From: an uncultured Acidobacteriota bacterium
Lineage (GTDB): Bacteria; Acidobacteriota; Thermoanaerobaculia; Gp7-AA8
DNA length: 64,000 nt
Assembly (NCBI GenBank): GCA_963822445.1
Contig: CAWGHO010000001.1
Coordinates: forward strand, 448,001 to 512,000
Reading direction: 5' to 3'
Part shown: positions 58,433-64,000 of the stretch, piece after piece
How positions within the stretch are numbered: the first letter of the stretch is position 1
Layout: the number at the start of each line of letters is the position of its first letter
Program-made: the position numbers and the translations under genes
The notes under the pieces: model-generated
What the model saw: the letters and a program-made list of their open reading frames with translations, nothing else
The model's database searches: none
What the model was told of the DNA's origin: nothing

Positions 58433-58771
58433 GTGAAGCGGGACATTTCCGCAGAATTTCCCACGATGGCTGCGGAAATCACCACACGGAAGGTCGGAAC
58501 GAAGTGGCACGGCTACATCGCTGGCCGGCCGGACCTCGATGAGACCGCGCTGACGGAAGAAGCGGTGCGGCGGAAGATGGAACAGTTGCGCGATCGCATC
58601 GGAGCATGCGGCGCGAAGACGAAGATGTTCGGTGGACGAACGTGTGAACTGATCGCGGGCCACCACGAGCACGGCGAAAGGTACAACGTTCATCGAAGCG
58701 GGACCATCACATGGTTCGATGTGCCGCCGGATGAACCGCGCGATCGCGAGAAGGTTGGGCGGGCGGCATAG
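58433..58771 (+). CDS. Small hypothetical protein
   Basis: Plausible ORF with C..C..HH..H cluster (CGAK..CELIAGHHEH..H); start may be ATG 58466. Confidence 0.55.
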   Translation: MKRDISAEFPTMAAEITTRKVGTKWHGYIAGRPDLDETALTEEAVRRKMEQLRDRIGACGAKTKMFGGRTCELIAGHHEHGERYNVHRSGTITWFDVPPDEPRDREKVGRAA

Positions 58772-59670
58772 GCCCCGGGCGGGAGCCGCGCCGCCGGCGC
58801 CGGGGGCCGCGGAGCCGATGTGCGGCCGAAGCTGCGGCCCGAGGGCGGGCGGTGGCGGACGGGCCGCGCTCGGCCGCACATGGGCTCCGCGGCGGGAGGG
58901 CGGAAGCGCCGGGCCGCGGAGCGCAGCTTCGGCGGCAGGGGGCGCGGGCGGCGGCGCGGCCGAAGGTGCGCGGAGCGGCAGCGCGCGAGCCGAAGGCGAG
59001 CGCGCGCGGCGCGGCGAGGGGGAAACGTGCAGCGCCGATGCAGCACGCCACCGACGGCGAGGCGCACCGCGACCAACGGAAGCGGTGCGCCGGTCAAGCC
59101 GCTGGTGGCGCTGGCGAGACAGTTTGCTGCGCTCTCGGCAGAGAAATGGCCACTGGTTGACGGAACCCCGCGAGGTTGGGGCGCGGCGGCGTGAGCCGCG
59201 CCCCAACGAGCGGGCGGGGGCCTGGGTGGGAGCCGCGGCGCAGGGCGCTGCGAAGCTGCGCCCTGCGAGCAGCGCGCGGCGGACGCGCGCGGAGGTGGAG
59301 CCGGGGGGCGCGCCGCCTGCGCTGCGGCCGCGGCGAGGGGGAAGCTGCGGCCGCGACGCAGTAGCGGACGACGACGCACGCGGCGAATAAGGGTTGGGCG
59401 GTGGAGGGTGCGGCCATGGAAAGCGATCGCGCCTAAGGCTCGGCTAAGCTGCGTGGACCGCTTGAAAGTGATTCGCAGCGGGAACCTCCCCAGCGCGCTG
59501 CACGCGAGCGAGTGGAAACGCGCGGAGCCACGAAGCAGCGGGCCACGACAGCTTCAGCCGCGACCGTTAGGCGCAGCCACAGGCGCACACGTCGCGCATG
59601 CACGAGGACGGGCGTGGAAGCGCGCGGGCTCCGGGACGCCCGAAAGGCCACAGGCGAGGCGGCGCGGCGT

Positions 59671-60161
59671 GGCGCGACCGTTGCCGCGCGCACGGATCGC
59701 ATTCCTTTTCGCGCGCGCCTGCAACGGGCGTGACACGGCGCGGGCTTCACGAGGATCCGGGAAACGTGACGAGCTCGCGGGGTCGGGCGCGGGCAGCAAA
59801 AGCAATGTCGTCGGCGCGCCGGCGCGGCGTTTGCCCGCGCTGACGAGGCGCCACGCGAAAGAAGCCCGCTGCAAACGGCGTGACCGCGCGCGGGAGGGGG
59901 AAACGTGCAGCCGCGCAGAGCAAACCGACGGCGCGGGAGGGCGTGCAGCTGGCGGCGCCGTTTTTGCGGCTGGGCCGCGCCCGTTTCACCATGCCGATCT
60001 GCAAAAACCGTGACACCAGCGAGGGGGCGCGCGCTACCGCGGTAGCAGCGCACTGTAAACGAAACTTGCGCGCCGCGCGGGCGCGCGAAGGTGCGCTGCG
60101 CGTCGCGCGAACATCGCCATGCAACGAGCAGTTGCGTGATGGGCGGGCTGTGGACGGAACA
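59671..60161. repeat. Hairpin-unit module B (3 units + terminal motif)
   Basis: Units at 59671-59734, 59821-59884, 59954-60014; GCAGTTGCGTGATGGGCGGGCTGTGGACGGAACA at 60128-60161. Confidence 0.82.
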
Positions 60162-60343
60162 AAAAAAATGAACGAACAACAATAGGGATTGTGACTATGG
60201 GACAAGCGTGCTCGCCGCGCGAGCGCGAGGACCCCGGCGCACCAGGAGCGCGGACAACCTCATGACCCGCACAAGCCACACGGGCGGGCGGTGGAGCGGT
60301 GCCTGTCGCGATGCCCTTCCCTACTTGCGGGGGCGGGAGCCGC

Positions 60344-60771
60344 GGCGCGGCCGTTGCGTGCGGGCGGCGCGCGACAGCGCGACGTCCCGCATGCAACGGA
60401 CGTGACGCGGCGAGGGCGGGGGGCGGGCGGGTGGTCCGCGATGCGCGTGCCACTCGCGCGGGGGGAAGCGGCGCGCCCGTTGCCGCGAGCACGGCGGCTT
60501 CATCGCGGTCCGAGCATGCAACGGGCGTGACGCGAGGGCGGGCGGGTGTCGCATCCGCGCCGAACGTGCCACTCGCGCGGGCGGGAGCCGCGCGGCGCGA
60601 CCGTTGCCAGCGAAGCACGGCCGCTTCATCGCGGTGCAAGCGTGCAACGGGCGTGACGCGGCGAGGGTGGGCGGGGTCGGGTCGGACGTGTTCGCGAGCA
60701 ACACGCGCCGCGGATCGGCGCATGTCGATCGGAGCGTGCAGTTGCGTGATGGGCGGGCTGTGGACGGAACA
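60344..60771. repeat. Hairpin-unit module C (3 units at 124-126 bp period + terminal motif)
   Basis: Units at 60344-60406, 60470-60531, 60594-60657; 34-bp motif at 60738-60771 identical to that of module B. Confidence 0.85.
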
Positions 60772-61453
60772 GAAAAGCCTCACGCGGCATCACGTGCTGC
60801 TGCATCAATGTCGGCAAATGTTCCTCTTCGACGACATCCGTGTCATACGCGATGACTTCACGTTGCCGGTTTCGCTGCGCGAAGTGATCGCGGGTCGGAA
60901 TCGCTCGTGCGGCTCTCGGCGTAAAGCGTCGGCGAATCGCACGTATCTGCGCGTCGATCGGATTCAAGCGACGCGGTGTGGTTTTCGCTCGTCAAGCCGT
61001 CGACGCGAAACGACCCGGCATCGTCCGCTATCGATCCCGGCGCGCTTTTAAGTCGTCGCCGGTGGCTTCGCGGTGCTCGAGCTGGTGCGCGAAACGGCTC
61101 CGGCGCACGTCGAAATGACGCTTGGGGCTTCCGGGTGATGCCGGGGCACTATTTTTTGGCCGTGGGGCACTTCGCGGTGATGCCCGGAAAGCTCTAATCG
61201 ATGTCCCGGGAGCTGTTTTTGAGGCCCCGGGAGCCGTTTTCGAGGGCCGGGCGGCCGTTTCCGCGGCCGGCGCGCTTTTAAGTGATGTGGGCGATGGATG
61301 GTGGAGGTCAGGCCATGGCCATCACCGCGTCTCCCATGCCGGCGACAGCTTGCCTATCCCGATACTCCCCACGATCTGCACGGCGATCATCCCGAGATAT
61401 GCGGTGCAGTAGAGACACGTCGGCATACCGGGTATGAGCATCAAAGCTTCTGA

Positions 61454-64000
61454 CTATGCCGGGATCAATTCATTGTCGACCGCTTTGATCACGATCCCAT
61501 CCACCGCCGCGAGCAATTGAGGCGTGAGGTTGTTGCGCACAACGGTTAGGGGCTCGAAGGACATCGGTTCAGCTTCTTCGATCATCCTGCGCAACGTTGC
61601 GAGAAACTCCATCAAATTGCGAACGGACTCGGCCCCGTCATCGAAGAGCGATACAGGCAGCATCTCCGCGATCTCAGACGACCTCTGCAAACGATGAATC
61701 AGTTCCGATGTCGCATTGCTCCAGTGCTCTTGCAGCACCACCGTTCCGACACCAGTCGGAGGTGGAGCTTCGTCGATCCCGAGTAGCGCTTCGACCTCGG
61801 CGACTGCGAGCGCGATCTCCGCACGAAGATTCCGCGCCGTCTCTGCGAGCGTCTGCGGATGCAGCGGAATGCCGAGTCGTGTCCAGACGGAATCGTCGAT
61901 GGGAAGAGGCAGGAGCCGCCATCCCGGGAGTTCGTCATCAGGCTGCGGAAGCGTCGAAATCATGAGCGTGCGGCGCGTCGGCTCGAGCGCCTTCCCGCGA
62001 ATCAGGCCGACAAAATGAACTTCTCCCCAAACGAGGTCGAGCGCGTAGCGTTCGACTGCTTCGAAGTCGGGCGGTGGACGAAGGGTGTCGATGGTTGTCG
62101 CAATCACCGCAGCAAGACCAGCGTCGGTGTCAGCCGCGGTATCCACGTCGAGGACGACCCACAGTCCCGCTCCATCCGACCACCGGTCGATCTCCGCATG
62201 AATTCTGGAGCGTGCTTGCGTTAGCGCTTCGAGCCGGCGCGTGAGCTCACGCCGGTACTTCGAGATGACCTGATCGATCTTGGCGCGGGATTCCCGCGTA
62301 GCATCGGTCGGGTATTGCCGTGGGTCGTAGGCGAACTGATACCAGACGGCCCAAAGATTCCATAGCCATGTCTGTTCCTCGTCTTCCAGCGACGGAAGAG
62401 AACCTTGCGCGAACCGCCCGAATCGGGATCGGAACTCATCCTGAAACCGTCGAAGTGCCTTCACGGCATCGGCCAGTCGCCACGTGGGCAGGTGGGGAGT
62501 TTTTCCGCCGGCATGTTCTTCGAGGAGGGCTTGCGCGCGCTCAATCCCGTCGGGAGAAGGACGCCCCAGATCTGGGTTCGCGCGAAGATATGGAATTGCA
62601 GCGCTCATGAAATCGGAAAGCGCATTCGCGTAGTCGTAGAGCGCTTTCAGAAACTCGCCAATCTCATCGCGCGGGTCGACCGTTCGCGCTTCGCTGCGCA
62701 GCCTCACCTCGTAGCCCAGCTCGTCCACAGCCGCGTTCGGAGGCTTCGGAAGCCGGCGCAGCGCTTCGTTGAGCGCAAGCCACTCATCGAGGTTCGCTCC
62801 GAGCTCGAAGATGTGCTTGGGTTTGTCGCGATTGAAGTACTTGCGCAGCGCGGAAACGACATCACGCGCGAGCGCGACGACACGCTGGCGCAATTCCAGA
62901 ATCGCTTTCGCGTATTCACCCCAAGGCAGATAGACGCGCGCGGCGTGCGAAAACAGAAGATGCAGACGTGTGGCCCACGGTACGGGAAACGACTGCTTTG
63001 GAATGCCCTTCTTCTCAGACGGATCGTGCGCGAAGATGGCCATCCCCGCGACGCCGCATGCTCGAGCGCCGAAGGTGCTCTCGTCCGGGAAGAGACGGCG
63101 CAAGACATCGACCCGCCGGATGGTCTCTCCATGAAGATCCAACGGCGCAGACGGAGCGGGCGACATGACGTAGTACGCCATGACTTCACCATCGTCGATG
63201 TCAATCGCGAACGTCGCTGACTCCTCCTGGAACCGCGCGATCAGCGTCTGACGGAGAGACTCAAAAGCCTCCGGCCGCGCGTCACGGGATTGGAACGAGA
63301 GCGCGAAGACGAAGTCGGCACATGTCTCCAGCGAAACATCTGTCTGGCTTGCCGTCAGACGTTGGGTCGCACTCGCCATCGCCGCCGGGTCAACGACGTT
63401 CCAGGCGATCGCCCAGAAGAGCATTTCCGCCACCGCTGACCAATCGGATGAAGGAGTCGCGAGCACGGACTTGCCCGCACCTCCGAGCCAAGCGCGCGCT
63501 TCTTCGAACACAGGCTCGTTCGATGGAATCCGCGATTGCACATCGGCGTACCACTCCCGCTGACTCGGCACCATTCCGAAGATCGTGTCGAAATTGTCCG
63601 AGAAGCCGGGGATGAATTGTTTCAGGCCTGCAGGGTCGAGGATGCCCCATGCGATCTCGGCTCCGCCCACATGCACGCGAATCTCCTCGAGGATGGCCCC
63701 ATGTTGCGCGCGGTATCGCTGGATTCCGCGCCAGAGCAACGCGCGAACGACGCCGACGGCCCCCGTCATCGTTTCGGGTTTGAATGTGCGAACGTGCAGC
63801 AAGATCGCCTCGGCTTCCGCTTCAGACCGGCGCGCGAATCCGTGCAGGAGAAACGCTTCGAGGTCGGCCTCATCGAGCGACGCCATCGCTGCAATGGCCG
63901 CCTCGGACCACGATGGGTCGAGCTCATCCCGTGTGAGGAGATCGGCCGTGAGTTGCGACCGCAGAGGATGTAGCCCTTCGGCATAGAGTCGGTCTTTCGA
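61454..64000 (-). CDS. Large hypothetical protein, C-terminal part (5' end outside the window)
   Basis: Frame stays open from 64000 (SKDRLYAEGLHPLRSQL...) to the stop at 61454; mostly helical. Confidence 0.8.
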   Translation of the reverse strand, partial: SKDRLYAEGLHPLRSQLTADLLTRDELDPSWSEAAIAAMASLDEADLEAFLLHGFARRSEAEAEAILLHVRTFKPETMTGAVGVVRALLWRGIQRYRAQHGAILEEIRVHVGGAEIAWGILDPAGLKQFIPGFSDNFDTIFGMVPSQREWYADVQSRIPSNEPVFEEARAWLGGAGKSVLATPSSDWSAVAEMLFWAIAWNVVDPAAMASATQRLTASQTDVSLETCADFVFALSFQSRDARPEAFESLRQTLIARFQEESATFAIDIDDGEVMAYYVMSPAPSAPLDLHGETIRRVDVLRRLFPDESTFGARACGVAGMAIFAHDPSEKKGIPKQSFPVPWATRLHLLFSHAARVYLPWGEYAKAILELRQRVVALARDVVSALRKYFNRDKPKHIFELGANLDEWLALNEALRRLPKPPNAAVDELGYEVRLRSEARTVDPRDEIGEFLKALYDYANALSDFMSAAIPYLRANPDLGRPSPDGIERAQALLEEHAGGKTPHLPTWRLADAVKALRRFQDEFRSRFGRFAQGSLPSLEDEEQTWLWNLWAVWYQFAYDPRQYPTDATRESRAKIDQVISKYRRELTRRLEALTQARSRIHAEIDRWSDGAGLWVVLDVDTAADTDAGLAAVIATTIDTLRPPPDFEAVERYALDLVWGEVHFVGLIRGKALEPTRRTLMISTLPQPDDELPGWRLLPLPIDDSVWTRLGIPLHPQTLAETARNLRAEIALAVAEVEALLGIDEAPPPTGVGTVVLQEHWSNATSELIHRLQRSSEIAEMLPVSLFDDGAESVRNLMEFLATLRRMIEEAEPMSFEPLTVVRNNLTPQLLAAVDGIVIKAVDNELIPA

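Larger units (their letters stand above)
47480..64000. mobile_element. tRNA-Asp-associated genomic (defence) island, right end outside the window
   Basis: Integrase and XRE next to the tRNA, shift in codon usage, defence genes, long non-coding tracts; no second att copy seen. Confidence 0.75.

Noticed and set aside
56437-60657. Canonical integron attC array
   Set aside because: No RYYYAAC...GTTRRRY ends and no IntI-like features recognised in the integrase; kept only as a structural analogy.
59671-60771. CRISPR array
   Set aside because: Units are 124-150 bp, degenerate, with related rather than unique spacers; no cas genes in the window.
58690-61051. Many Arg/Ala/Pro-rich ORFs on both strands
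   Set aside because: Low-complexity translations of very GC-rich repeat DNA with no motifs or RBS.

Overview
High-GC bacterial window. The gene content and style resemble Acidobacteriota (Thermoanaerobaculia-like); this is an inference. Bases 1-47.4 kb are ordinary chromosome: two DUF885 proteins, Fpg, many receiver and c-di-GMP signalling proteins, two GspE/PilB ATPases, RlmI, a Ser/Thr kinase, NhaR-HtpX-TerC, RmlC, large secreted proteins, tRNA-Val and tRNA-Asp. Embedded there is a two-gene operon (20007-22217). It pairs an astacin metalloprotease, whose C-terminal tail has T-[KR]-K-E-x-x-x-D repeats and a PFAV motif, with an MvdC/MvdD-type ATP-grasp ligase. This is a candidate protease-fused graspetide (RiPP) system. 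From tRNA-Asp (47403-47479) to the window end lies a genomic island with a divergent tyrosine integrase, an XRE repressor and defence-type genes: GHKL ATPase + CD-NTase + 4TM effector (CBASS-like), a PRTase + SLOG pair, a SEC-C/nuclease-like protein and a large truncated ORF. The island's non-coding parts hold eight copies of a covarying hairpin (GGCGC-N5-TTGC-N33-37-GCAA-N5-GTGAC) in three modules, each closed by a conserved 29-34 bp motif. Clustered single-base frameshifts (one GspE gene, terC, integrase) are probably sequencing errors.
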